A stretch of 64,000 nucleotides of DNA, taken from assembly GCF_009914755.1 (NCBI RefSeq), contig NC_060925.1; one strand, written 5' to 3'. This stretch comes from the human T2T-CHM13v2.0 reference genome, Homo sapiens. A program made the position numbers and the translations under genes. Shown here piece by piece: positions 41,001 to 54,510 of this stretch. The notes under the pieces are model-generated. The model saw only the letters and a program-made list of their open reading frames with translations, was not told where the DNA came from and ran no database searches. The stretch's first letter is position 1. Every line of letters begins with the position of its first letter.

Positions 41001-41630
<630 letters not shown>

Positions 41631-44600
41631 TGATAGGCACTCTCCCACCTCCATTGATAACTCCCTCCTCACCATGGACCTAGTCTAAATTTCTGTCTGT
41701 GAATCTGACTTCTCAGGTAGCATTCATCTGTGGTGCTTTTTAATTGAATGGACTGCTTATTCCCAGGGAAGCAGCATTTTACAGCAGGGCTTAATGGTCG
41801 TAGAATGTCAAAGGGGTTTGCATATCTGGGGAGAAACAACTTGACCCACTCAAACTCGGTTAGATAAACCATGCAGCTGATGAATGAGACTGGCCCAAGC
41901 CCTCATTCCTTTCCTCTTTCTGATCTGCCTGCCTAACAATGCCAATACCCTGACTTCTGTTCCCTATGGGGGTGAGCAAGAAGCAGCAGGAGTACACCTC
42001 AGCTCCAAGAGAATATGCCACCTGAGCATACACTGTCCCCACACCGGCCAGCTCCTCCCCTTCCCCACCCCAAGCTGATGAATCGGGTTTGTTGACATTT
42101 GGGGCCTAGTCCCATGAACAAAGCTAAATTCCCTGAAGCGCGCTGTCTCCCAAGACCTTTCCCTTGAATGCTACAGCATCTGCTCCTGCCAAACCTCACT
42201 CCCATGTTCCACTTCCAAAAGGGGAAAGCATATGGGCTGCTATTTTTTGCCAAAAACTGATCAGAGAACAGAACTCAGTTCTCATAAAAATTGCACAGTA
42301 CCTACTTCTCTTTCCTTGCTGACAATAAAAATGAAACTTGAGTTCAGGGAGCTATCTTTCAGGAAGGAAATATTTTTCATTCAGATCCAACTCCTAACTC
42401 TGTCAATTCTCACCTGCTCAAACATCCTGACTGCCAAGGGAAAAGACTGTAAATAACTGAAATTATAATTTTGTTAATAATTATATTTTATACACAATAA
42501 TTTCTAGATATTGTCACTGAAATCCATTGATAATTTGAGAAACTTCCTTACAGAGGTAGAAAGGAATCCACAGTATTTTTTTTCTATTTTAATTACTCAC
42601 TGAATACAATCTGAAAGTGTTTAATTATTAGATTTATGCCTCAAGATGAGTTCAATGGTAATTACAGGATGTCTTTTTTTATTCTAATTCCAAATAATTA
42701 AATCCCAAACACATTAGATCATTATGATTATAATTAGAATAAAGGTGTCTTACATTTGAAACCAAAGTTTGGCTTTTTGTTTAACCTTTTTTGTACCTCA
42801 TCAAAGGGTAACGCCTTGGAAAGAAATCTGTTTCAATCTCTCTAATGCTGCTTTAAAAGAAAATTTTAAAAATTGTCTGCAGGAAGGCTTTTCCATTGCA
42901 ATATTGGCAGGGAGAAGTGAGCACTGAGCCTTCGGGTTGCTTGAGTTTCCAAGGCATGCTGACTTTCTACTGCCATTTGTCGTCCTCGGACACAGAGAGA
43001 ACTCAGAAACCAGGCAGTAAGGTGACAAAAATGCAGCGGGAATATCAAGGCAATCAAGGGAGAGGATCCGTAAAATAATCCATCACCTCCTCCCACCCCA
43101 ATTTGTCAATCAATTTGGGGGTAACTTTTTCTGAGCTCCTCTACATTAAAGATAAATGGATGAAGATGGGCTGGGATTGGTTAGAGACCTTAGAGAAAGC
43201 CACACAGAGACCAGAAAATCTAAAGCAAAAATTCACAAAATAAGACCTCTGACTAAGGCTCAAAAGGTCTTTTATGCTTGGGCCCAATAACTAATTGAGA
43301 GAAAATATGCCCATATTTTTGGTTGTGTTGATAAGGCTGTTGAAACCCTTGCTAGGATGGCTCAAACAGCGTATGAAGTTAGCTTATCATCCTTCAGGTA
43401 TCTTTGCACCAGGCTTTGGGATTTGGGAATGGGTAAGGGTAATACTTTGTGGTTTCAAGGGGGAGTTGCAGGATGAAGGTTCAGGAAGGAGAGGAGACAC
43501 ACCTTTTTAAAAAGAATAAATAAACGCATATGTCTTCCCCTGCCTGGTAGACAGGAGGAGAGCACTTGCTTATTGGAAAGCATTTGAAGGATAGGGAGGT
43601 GAGAGCCTGGGAGGAGGGAAGCAAAAAAGCTATAAAGAGAAGGCCAGAGAGCAATCCTAATACTTAGAAAAATGTCACATTAAAACCTCAGCTGCCGGTG
43701 GCTGGAGGGAAAGGAGTTCCAGACAATAGCTGAGGGGACAAGTTGAATCTTGTGTTCATTCCTGTGGTTAAAACAAGTCTGTACGACCACAAGGAAAATT
43801 CCATTCTCCTCAGACCTTAACTCCCTGCTTACCTGAGCTGCAGAGACATTTTGTTGAAAGGCTCCTTAAAGTGGGAACTGATAATGCACAAAGGCCTGGT
43901 GGCCCTCCTTCCTTAACCTTTCTTCTGTGCCTGCACCTTCACATCTTAAGAATTACCTCCTTTCCTTTGAGGGGCCTGATAACCACTTTGACTACAGTGT
44001 AAAGAATAAAGCAGGGTTCAGGAAAAGAACAAGCCCCCTCGACACCTTCCCCACTCTCCAACCACAACCTACACTCGTTTTCCAAACCCTGAGACCTGTA
44101 GATGGCAAATAAAATTTTTCACTAATTCAGTAAGTGCTTATTGAAGGCCTATAATGCTTCAAGCTCCATACTAGGCATTTACAGAAGACAACCAAAATCA
44201 AGCTATTATGAAGAATGTCCAAGTCAGGAGGCCCAAGATATATGAGATTCCATATGCTGCTGATTGTATGACAGACACAGTAAATGTTGTACATTGTGAC
44301 CATTGAATGCAGTTGTTTCCCTTCCTTTTTGGGGGTTTTCATGAGTCCAGCTGACAAGTGGGCTGCCTGCTCAAATCAGTCCAGCCAAGCATTGCTCTTC
44401 CTCATCCAAAATCCCAACATCTGCTCCTTTCTTCCCTCCCATACAAGCCTTAGGTCACCTTGCTCTCCTATTAGAAGAAGGAGATTATCAATAATTGTCC
44501 TGGGTCCAGGGGAAGATGGAAAACGAGTTTCCTGTCTTAACTCCTTTGATTCCTACTTCAGCAAGTTCTGATGAACACACCTAGGAGAGGGAGAATCTAC

Positions 44601-44679
44601 TCACAGAGGCATGGATGATGGTAAGATCAAGCATGTCCCCACAGTGAGAAAAAAATAACATCAAGAGTATAATGCTATA

Positions 44680-44971
44680 GGCCAGGCACGGTGGCTCATG
44701 CCTGTAATCCCAGCACTTTGGGAGGCCAAGGTGGATCACAGGTCAGGAGATGGAGACCATCCTGGCCAACATGGTGAAACCCCATCTCTACTAAAAATAC
44801 AAAATTTGGCCAGGCGTGGTGGCATGTGCCTGTAATCCCAGCTACTCAGGAGGCTGAGGCAGGAGAATTGCTTGAACCAGGGAGTCACAGGTGGCAGTGA
44901 GCCAAGATCTCACTACTGCACTTCAGCCTGGTGACAGAGCGAGACTCCATCTCACAAAAAAAAAAAAAAAA
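44680..44971 (+). mobile_element. AluSc-like SINE
   Basis: gagaccatcctggccaacatgg and cagcctggtgacagagcg diagnostics; TSD aagagtataatgctata / aaaagtgtaatactata. Confidence 0.95.
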
Positions 44972-45180
44972 AAAAGTGTAATACTATAGAAAGCAGGTAT
45001 GTTTGAAAGACTGTGGCACTTAATGGAGATTGTAACTTATTTACAGTTGAACTGGGAGAGATCTGTGACTTGACGTGTCCTCTGTATTCATCTACAAAAC
45101 TTTCCATACACCCCAATATGTGTTTCATAATACACAAAGAGAGCTATAGGAACTGACCAGTGCCCTCAGGGAGCTTATGG

Positions 45181-45385
45181 CAGTGATGTGCTGGTAAATT
45201 TTAACGATCAGTTTTTCAAGGGAAAAAAGTTCTGCTTTCTAGCTTTGGCCAATTTCCATGGTGTAAATATTCCCGCAGTGGCTGATTTTTAGAAACCAAG
45301 AAGGTATCACTGAGAGAGGAGATGGGAAGATATGTGCATAGTCAGCTCTTCCTAGGTGGTATGAGCTGGCTCCTGAACACCAGTG
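45181..45385. mobile_element. MER63A hAT-Blackjack MITE, full length
   Basis: cagtgatgtgctggtaaa...gccaatttccatggtgtaaata...gagctggctcctgaacaccagtg with inverted termini. Confidence 0.85.
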
Positions 45386-47184
45386 GCTTAAATTCTAGTA
45401 TATTGATACAGATAAAGACAGGATACAAAGGCAGCACCTCCTGATCAATTGACTGATTGACATGGATGAAAAATCTTTAACCAAGACTCAAGGAAGAACA
45501 TACTTTAATGGTAGCAGGGCAAATGATGCTAGGTGAACGGTATCTGACTGTATTGCCCCTTCTGGTTCCTCAGAAGCACAAAGAACCATGGGAAAGACTA
45601 CAAAAACTTTGGAGAGAATCAGAATCAATCCTCCACCCTGCCTCTTAGAGAAAGGGAAACTGAGACATGCAAATGTGAAGTGCTTTAGATTGTCTTTGCT
45701 TCAAACATACCATTGTCATGGATAGTTTTGGTTTCCCTGCCATTGGGCTGAGGTATTGGGCAGAAATGTTGCCAATTAACTGCATGATTGAAACAGGAAA
45801 TCATTCAGAATTCACTGGGGCTCTCCAAGCACCCGTAGAGGACAAGTGACTGTCTGTACAGCTGATGGAGAGTGGGTGAAGGTACCACCAGCATGAAGGC
45901 ACAGACTCTGTCTGAATTTCTTATTCAGTAACTTGCCCCAGACGTAAGCCTTCCTGTAGAATAGAAACAAACTGAAAAGTCTGCCAGGCTCTGGCTGGCT
46001 TAGCCTTTGAATCATTGGTGAGAAATAAGCTCTGTCTAGGAAGGGAAAAAAAATACATTCCCCTGTGAAGAAACCCAGCAGTAATTTTCTGGGCGGGAGA
46101 ACTACTGCTGCATCTCTTGGGCAAATGTAATGGGATAGCAAAGTCTTTGGTGCTGAGGAAGCTCCAGCTCCTTTCTGCCTGTAATTCATGATCCCTGAGA
46201 CAATTATGAGCAATGAAAAGGCATAAGTCAAAGGAACATCGAGCATAGCTAGATTTAGGAAAATAACACATTACATTTAAATATCCATATATATTTAATC
46301 TGTGTTTAATAATGCAAGGAATGCATTAGTCAAGGCTTAGGCAGATTACACATTTACGTTAGTTACAGAACAGCCTGGCCCTCTGATGTTCCCCAGCCTT
46401 GGCGCCACAGGAATGAAAACTTCTGGAGGAATGGAGCGTGTCATTGCAAACCTGGGGCACTGCGGAAATGCAAATGGAGAAATTGCAAAGGTCATCACAA
46501 AGTCAGGCTTGCTGCAGAAGATAGCACTGTGGGTGAACAGGAGATACCCAAAGCTCCAGCTTCTGGACTGACTTACTCCATTTGCTACCTTCTGTAAGGC
46601 ACGGCTGGGGGTAGGAAGTAATGTCATAGAGAAACAGAGGGACCAGACTCTCTATTCCAGCTGTTGTTTTATCTCAGATTTTCTCTCCTATGCTTAGACT
46701 TTAAGCCTAGATGACCAGATGGAGAATGGCTGCCCAGGCCGCTAGGGAAAATCAGGACATGTCTCCAGGGGCAAATGCCTAGGCTCCAAAGCTCTTGCTA
46801 CCATCTAGAGGGATGAAGCAGGTGAGTGTAGTCAGGGATGAAGGAGGAATGACAGGCATGCCCAGCCTTTGGTGCAGTCATGGTCCTCCAAAAGCTGGAA
46901 AGGGAACCAGTGGGGACATGATGCCGTATCTGCCAAATACTGTCTAGGACCTGGAGAGAGGGATTAAGAGGCTATACTGCCCAAGAAGCATAAGAAATTC
47001 TCCTGTTTGATTTGGCCATCACTCAATATAACAATCATAGATCCCCAAGCACTTTGTCCTTGTCATGACTCCCTTACTCCACTTGGGCAACTCATTCCCC
47101 AGACTCTAGAGTCCTGCTCTGTGCTCTAAGTTACTCCCAACCTCGACTAAAGCAGTCTCAGGAACAAAGTTACAGGAAGAAAAT

Positions 47185-47345
47185 ATCTCAGAGGCCATCT
47201 AACTCAATCTTCTGATTTTACAGATAAGAAGACTGAGGCTCAGAGAAGCAAAGCAGCCCATCCAAGTTTCCCCAATGAGTAAGTAGATAACCAGGATGAG
47301 GTCCAAGTCTCATTCCAGGGATCTGGCCATATACAACACTACCCT
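47185..47345 (-). mobile_element. MIR SINE
   Basis: attttacagataagaagactgaggctcagagaag. Confidence 0.75.
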
Positions 47346-48979
47346 TCCTATTAAGCACTGTATCAGTTTTGGTGGTCTGTAGTAGAAGGAAGGCAAGCAT
47401 GCATTAAATGCCAGACACTCTGCTAAGAGCTTGAATATACATTATCTTTAAAAGTTATAAAAATATACAAAATATATCTTTAAATATATAAAAATAATAA
47501 CCTACTCAGTAAAAGTTTACAGTCAAAAAGGAAGCTTAGCTCTAATTCTGGCTCTGCCACTTTTCAACTCTACGATATTGGGTTGGTCACTGCACTTCTC
47601 CAGGTATCCCTCTGCCCCGACATCTGCAGAGCCTCCCTACTTCATCCACTGAGTCACTGAATAGGTGCTAGTCTAGTGCAAAGCACAAGTGAAGGGATAA
47701 GGCAAAGGAAACGTAGATGGGGCAGCAAATGAACGTGCCCCTCACTGATGCCTGGGAGAAACAGAACTGTGATGAAGTTGCAGATGTGGCCCAATCCATA
47801 CTTTTTAGTAAGTCACAAAACACGTCTATTTTCCCATCTGTACTCTAGAACTACTCATCCTAACTCCATCCCTATAAAAGTCATTCCATGAGTCAAAACA
47901 CGCCAATCTGTCCCAAGAAAAGGACAACAAGGAGTATCTCCCTAGTTTGTTTCAGGCTTCCTTTCAACGACTGATTCCCTCAAGATTCAAACTATTAAAT
48001 ATCTGAAATCTAATCTCACACAAGGCTCCTGCCTGGGAGGGAAAGCCAAATTACCTCTTGTGTCTCTTTAGGTTAAGCACAACTTTGAGGAGTAGACTCA
48101 TCCTAGCAGTTGGAACTTGGAAAAAAACATGAGCTGTGACTCACCAGTCATTTTGAGCCAAGTATTTTGAATTTGCTCAGGGCAGGAAAATGGCCAGGAG
48201 GGTGGGATGGGAAGGGGAGGGGAGGACTCATATGGCTAAGAACTATCTGACTCTGTTCCAAAAAGGCAAGTACGGGGGAGACTCTCAGAGCGTATGTTCC
48301 TGTTCCTGTTGTTTCACTGCCAGGAGTCTCCTAAATCACTGTGAAATGACTGCTTTCTGCCTACCTCGATCATGTATTATGGAGCATTAATAAATAATGG
48401 GAGGTTGTAGGACCAAAAGGCGGGAAAACCCAAAGGGAAGGTGATGGACAGGCAAAATTTAACAAGTAAATGAAAGAAGCTATTAAATCATAGTTAAATT
48501 ATGCTGGCACTGGCAAAAAAAAAAAAAAAAAGAGAGAAAGGATTTCCCACTGCAAAATGCTTTCAATAAAATACTGAAATTTCTCTTATGGCTGACCGAG
48601 GCATCTTCCAATCATAAGGATAAGGATTCTGTGGCCTGTGGCTCCCATTAAATACTGAGCTTGGGTAGGGTCTCTGAAGACAGAGTTTCCAGGTGCTTCT
48701 CAGTACACAGCTTTCCTAGGATGGGTCACATTCACTATTAAATGCCCCATCTATGATGCAGAAATTGCTAGGGACCTCTGTAGCCAGTTCATGAATTCTA
48801 CACCTATTTCTCTATTGACTCCCTGGTGCACAATTAGGGGGTCCCACCTAAGGGGAGGAGAAATTGAGGTTTCCAAAGTTGTGACTTAAAAATAACCCTT
48901 TGACTGTAGGTACAAGCTTATGCTTTCTCAAGTACCATCACATCTATTAACAATTTTGCATTTGCTACCACCTATCAGG

Positions 48980-49250
48980 TAGAAGGGGAACTCTTTCAGT
49001 GGGGAAGCCATATCTTGTTCATTTTTGTGTGCCCCAAGCCTAAAAAAATGCACCTTTAATAAATATTGAATTGGATGGATAGATGGATGAATGGATGGGG
49101 GTGGGGGCAGGGTGAATGAATGAATACTCACAGCTGATAGGCTCAGAGAGGTTAAGTGACTTGCCCGGGACTGAACTACACAGTGTCAGTGTAGTAACCA
49201 GCAGCCAGGCTTTCAGAGTCTCAACCCTGTGCTCTTTCAACACACCATGA
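48980..49250. mobile_element. L2 3' end (+) followed by MIR fragment (-)
   Basis: aataaatattgaattggatggatagatggatgaatg; then aggctcagagaggttaagtgacttgccc. Confidence 0.7.
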
Positions 49251-49944
49251 TGTCTCTCTTCAAGATCACATAGTAAACTGGATCAAAGCCAGTATATGGG
49301 ACCCCTGTAATTCCACACAAGCGAAAAGCAGGCACATTTTTCTCTGCTGGGATTGTAATTTTGACTGTGGCACAGACTGACATTCAGCATTTGAAGGACC
49401 TTTAGGGTCTCTGCATCTCAAGAAAGTTTTTGCAATTCCCTAGCGGAAGATCCACACAGAAGCCAGGACGCTTTGCAATGAGGCTCTTGGTTTTTTTTTT
49501 TTTTTTTCCCAGGGATATTTGCTTTGGTCTTGGCAGAAAAACTTGCTGTCATTCAATTTCTCAGACATGCTGGGGCCCCAAGCGCCAGTGGGAGAAGCAT
49601 ATGTACCAACACGCCAGAGGAATACAGTCACAGCAGAGTAGATTTGTTAGGACAGGCAGGCTTAGTGGTCTGACAAGGTGTGCAAGACACTCACCCTACT
49701 GTGCAGTTTAAGAAGCAGCTACTTAGCAAACATATTGGTATTGGGTGGCTAGGGGATAAGTGTATCCAGGTCCCTGAATGGTCACAGATGTCCCATTGGT
49801 TGGGACATCTTTCAAGACAGTGGAAGGGCCTCAAAACCTCTCTCCAGGAAGTAACGACTCAGCCAAACTATACTTGCTTAGAAGAATCGTCAAACCAGGA
49901 AAGAAGACAACAAGTTCACTTTAGAGGGTAGCTCTCACTAGCAG

Positions 49945-50670
49945 GAAGTATGGTATAGCAGGAAGGGGCCATACCCTTGGCTTTGGAATCAGACAGAACC
50001 AGCCTCCACCACTTACAACTTTCTACTTACATAATGTGAAGCAAGTAACTTAACCTCTTTGAGCCTTGCTTTCTTCCTCTTTTAAATGTGAATGGTCAAT
50101 TAGTATTAGATTCAGCTACGAGTAATAGAAACTCTAAAACCCCTAGTGACTTAAAACGTTAAAGAGGATAAAAATAATCTGGATGCAAGGGGTTCCGGAC
50201 TAGTATGGGGACTGAACAAGTCATCAGGGATCCAGGTTCCTTTCATCTGGCTATTCTGTCTTTCTCCAATGTGTGCTCAAAATGGCAGCAAGCTCTAGAC
50301 GCTTTGTCCAAACTCCCACCAGCAGGAAGGCAGAGCATGCATCATCCGCCTCTAAGAATACTTCTCAGAAGTTCTACTTAACTCTTCCTCTTATGTTCTA
50401 CTGGCCAGAACTTAGTCACACGGCCATACCTCTATGCAAGGGAGTAGGGGGCTTGGAGATTTAGCTTGTGTTCCCAGTGGCCACGGGCCCAGCTAAGACT
50501 CAGAGGTTCCATGGTTCCATTTCTTCTTAAAACATATGAGTGAGTACTGGGGTATAATTAGTCTGTCCTGTCTAATTTACAAGATAAAATGAGATAATGG
50601 GTGTAAATCATCTATTTCAGGGTCTAGCATGTAGGTAGCACTCAGTAAATGGTAATGACTGCTATAGTTA
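49945..50670. mobile_element. MIR (+) split by an MLT1K-type LTR (-, about 50093-50570)
   Basis: MIR halves ggctttggaatcagac...aagtaacttaacctctttgagcc and aaatgagataatgggtgtaaa flank MLT text catcagggatccaggttcctttcatct...ggccagaacttagtcacacggcca. Confidence 0.75.
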
Positions 50671-51210
50671 AGGTTGATGTACCCCCCCCCACCCAGGAAT
50701 ACATTTCCATGAGAAGTCTTGGCAATACCCAACACTTGACTTCATCCCAGGGACACAGTGTAATACCATCAGATTTATCACTGAGATCAAAGTGAAGATC
50801 CCAATAAAGTCAAATAGTGAACTTGTAGAGTGCTCAAAGGAGATAAGTGAAGACGTGCAAAGCCTTGCTAAACAGGACCCATGGGGGAGAGATTTGAAGA
50901 AGCCATCAGGGTTTTGACTAGAAGGCAGGGGTCCTCAAAGCTGTGAAAGTCTGATCTATCAGAGGTGGCTGCCAAGCTGTGCTTTCTTCTGCAGATGGCA
51001 AAAGAAAAAGATGTGAAACAAGGTGAGAGTTAGATGATACTGGGGTCCGCGTGTATTTAGGTTTTCAATCAGGAAATGGAGGAAGTGGAAGGGATACTGT
51101 CAATTTAAGGTAGAGCTGTTTTAATGGCTTAGTGGATATCTAATAAGCATTTTCTGAATCAAATAAGAAATTACAATCTTTCTGGAGTAACAGAATATAG
51201 ACATGAAGAT

Positions 51211-51719
51211 TGTATTAGTCAATTAGTCATGGTTCTCCAGAGAGACAGAATCAATAGGTTGTTTGTGTATATATGTTTATATATACATCTTATATGTGTG
51301 TGTATGTGTATACGTGTGTGTGTGTATGTATGTATATACAGAGAGAGAGAGAGAAAAAAATTTATTTTAAGGAATTGCCTCATGTAATTAGGAGGTTGGC
51401 AAATCCCAAATCTGCAAGGTAGAAGAGCAGGCTGGAGATTCAGGGGACACTTCATGTTGCAGTTTGAGTAGAAGGCGGCCTGCCACTGCCTAGAGAGTTC
51501 TCTCTTCCTTGGAGGAAGTTTGTCTTTTTCTGAAGGTTTTCAGCTGATTGAATGAGGCCCACCCACATTACGGAGGGCAATCTGCTTCACTCAGAGTCTA
51601 CTGATTTTAATGTTAATCTCATCTTTAAAAAAAATCTTCACAGCAATGTGCAGACATGTTTGACCAAATATCTGGGTCCCATGGCCTAGCCAAGTTGACA
51701 CATGAGATCAACTATCACA
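51211..51719 (-). mobile_element. MLT2 (ERVL) solo LTR with perfect 5-bp TSD
   Basis: TG...CA ends (tgtattagtc...aactatcaca), internal (TA/TG/GA)n, TSD AAGAT at 51206-51210 and 51720-51724. Confidence 0.92.
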
Positions 51720-53576
51720 AAGATCTTCAGAGTCTTATCCAGAAATAGAATCATACCCACTTGGGGACCTTCTGTTGCTATCAGATTTTCCTCACTCAAA
51801 AAAGCTTTTAGTGGACAAAACAAACAGATTACTCAAAGAAATACTTTGAAATGTAAAAGGGCATCAACAAAGAGGTTAGGCTCCAGGCATAGGTCATGAA
51901 TTTTCCTTTCAGAGTTAAAATAATAATAATAAAAACCAAAGCAAGGGGAGGTGGAGTTGGACATTCAGACTGGACAGCAAACTGAAATGTTAGAAAATGA
52001 TTAAAGCCATAGGAGGTGGCTGATTGAGAGCCCTAACATATGAAAAGTCTGTTATTGACTAAAGCAGTAGATGGAAATTTCATAGAAATTAATTGAGTTT
52101 TTGCCCTTATTGCTCCCAAGAGAAGCAGGGTAGCAGAGGAAGGTGTAGAGTGAGTAAGTGGGCATGCTGAATGTGTAAGTGTATATGTGTTTATATTTCA
52201 GACATGTTTAAATGGAAGAGAGAGGAATGAGAGAGGAAGGCAAGAATACAAATATTTAAGAAAGCTTTATTTTCCTGAAGCAAAGAATGACACTTGAAAC
52301 CGAGGGAATCTCAATGTCCACCTTGCATTTCCATGACCAGCAAGAGAGGGGAACCCCTACAGGTAATTTGAGGGGTGCTGTGAACGTGCCTATCATCTCC
52401 CTTCTCCTCCTGTCATATTTCTTGGGAAACCCAGCACGAGTCACTCCTTTGGGTTGTAGCACTGGATGGGCTGGTACATGGAGTAGAATCAGTCCTTGGC
52501 ATTTAGGAGCTACAAGCCATCAGGCTCAGGAAGGAAGAAGGACAACATCCGTGCATATCCAAATCTGAGTAGCGTCCAGGAGGACTCCTCTCAAGCCCAG
52601 CCATGATTGTGCCTTGCTCAGCTCAGAAGACCCAGAGGCCCCCCCATCCAGATGAGTTCAGTGACAGCATCTTTACCCACACAACATGGCCTGACTTTCC
52701 CTCTTGGCCTTCCCTGCTGCTGCCCCTGCCTGCATCCAGCACTCCAGCCCACCTTTCTGGTTCCAGCTCCCTGAACATTTTCAAGGCTTGCCTGTCTCTG
52801 TGCTTTCCTTCGTGCCGGGTCCTCAGTCTGAAAGAATCCTCCCCACCCCTTAGCCTATCCACAGAGTTTTCCAAACCCAGTCATATGCCACCTTCACCAT
52901 GCAGTCCTTTCCTTTTCGTTTTAGTTGCAAAAGGAGTGAATTTTATTGTTTAAAAAATGCAGTCAAACTTGGAAAGTATAAAGTAAAAAGTTTCTCTATG
53001 CCGCACTTCCCACTGTGACTATTGAAAACAACAAACTGGTACCAAGGTACCAAGTTATAATAGCTGTGATCTTGTTATCAGTTTGGTGGGTACCTAAAGC
53101 CCTCTGATACCCCCTTCTAGATCACTGAATAAGATTTCTCCAACCTCTGAACTTCCCTAGCATTTGGTACCCCGTTATGATGTTTTACCTTGTTCTGCAT
53201 TGTGTTATAGTTATATCTATACTTACCTTAATTGATCCCCACACTTCAGTCTTTGCTGACTCAATTGATTTGAGGGTCTATATTTCCCTGTCACAGAGCT
53301 TAGGACAATTGGCTGCACATTTGGTTTAGTCCATCAAACCTTTATGAACACGTGTTCTGGGCCCTATTGACCTAGGGGCCAAGGATACAGAAACAAATAA
53401 AACACAGCCCAGCCTTAAAGGAACCTAAAGTTTAGGTGACCTTTCTTTCCCACCAAAAAACAAAAAGGCAAACAAAAAGTTCGCAGAACTGTTAGACAGT
53501 AACAACACAGAAGCAGCAGATCCTGAATCTGTGCAGGTAGCACTCATTTGAACTAATAATTGCTTTAGAAATATTT

Positions 53577-53911
<335 letters not shown>

Positions 53912-54274
53912 TTACAATGCAACTATGAAATATGAGCAAATGATACTGAGCTCATAGTGGGGAGCAAGGAATGAGAAGAAACATTGGTTGAGAGGGGGTT
54001 AAGTTCAAGGACTTTTGCAAAGCTTCCAGAGGAGTGTGACTGAGTCTGGTAGTTGAGCACCTGGGACATTATTTATGATGCATTGAAGGATGTCAACAGC
54101 ATTCTTCCGGAGAATTTTGCCCGCAAGGGGAGGTCATTAAAAGAGGAGGCACTGCCACACCGGAATGGGTAAAGCCTTCCAGCTTCTACTTTAATCCTTC
54201 TGACCCGGGAGATGAATTTCTTTTTCTGTTGATCTTTTCTGTGCCTCAGTCATCGACTAGTATTTATATTTTCA

Positions 54275-54510
54275 ACCAGCATAGCATATAGTGAAGAGGT
54301 GTTGATGTCACACAGACCAGGATTCAAATGTTGGCTTTGACACATACCCACTGAGGGCCAGGGCAACTGGGGAGCCCAAATTTTCTCCTCTGAAAAATGG
54401 GAATAACAGCATCTAAATCACAGGACTATTGTGAAGATGAAAATTAATTGCGTTTGGGAAGGTGGCACAAAACAAATGCTCAATGCATGGGAGCTATTGT
54501 TATTGTTAGG
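54275..54510 (+). mobile_element. MIR SINE
   Basis: gcatagcatatagtg...ggattcaaatgttggct...ctgaaaaatgggaataacagc...gctcaatgcatg. Confidence 0.8.

Noticed and set aside
50995-51022. Micro-exon ttctgcag/ATGGCAAAAGAAAAAGATGTGAAACAAG/gtgaga (MAKEKDVKQ)
   Set aside because: Only 28 nt with no partner coding exons; equally good donors occur on both strands (e.g. minus-strand sites near 41543, 43828, 53221), consistent with background
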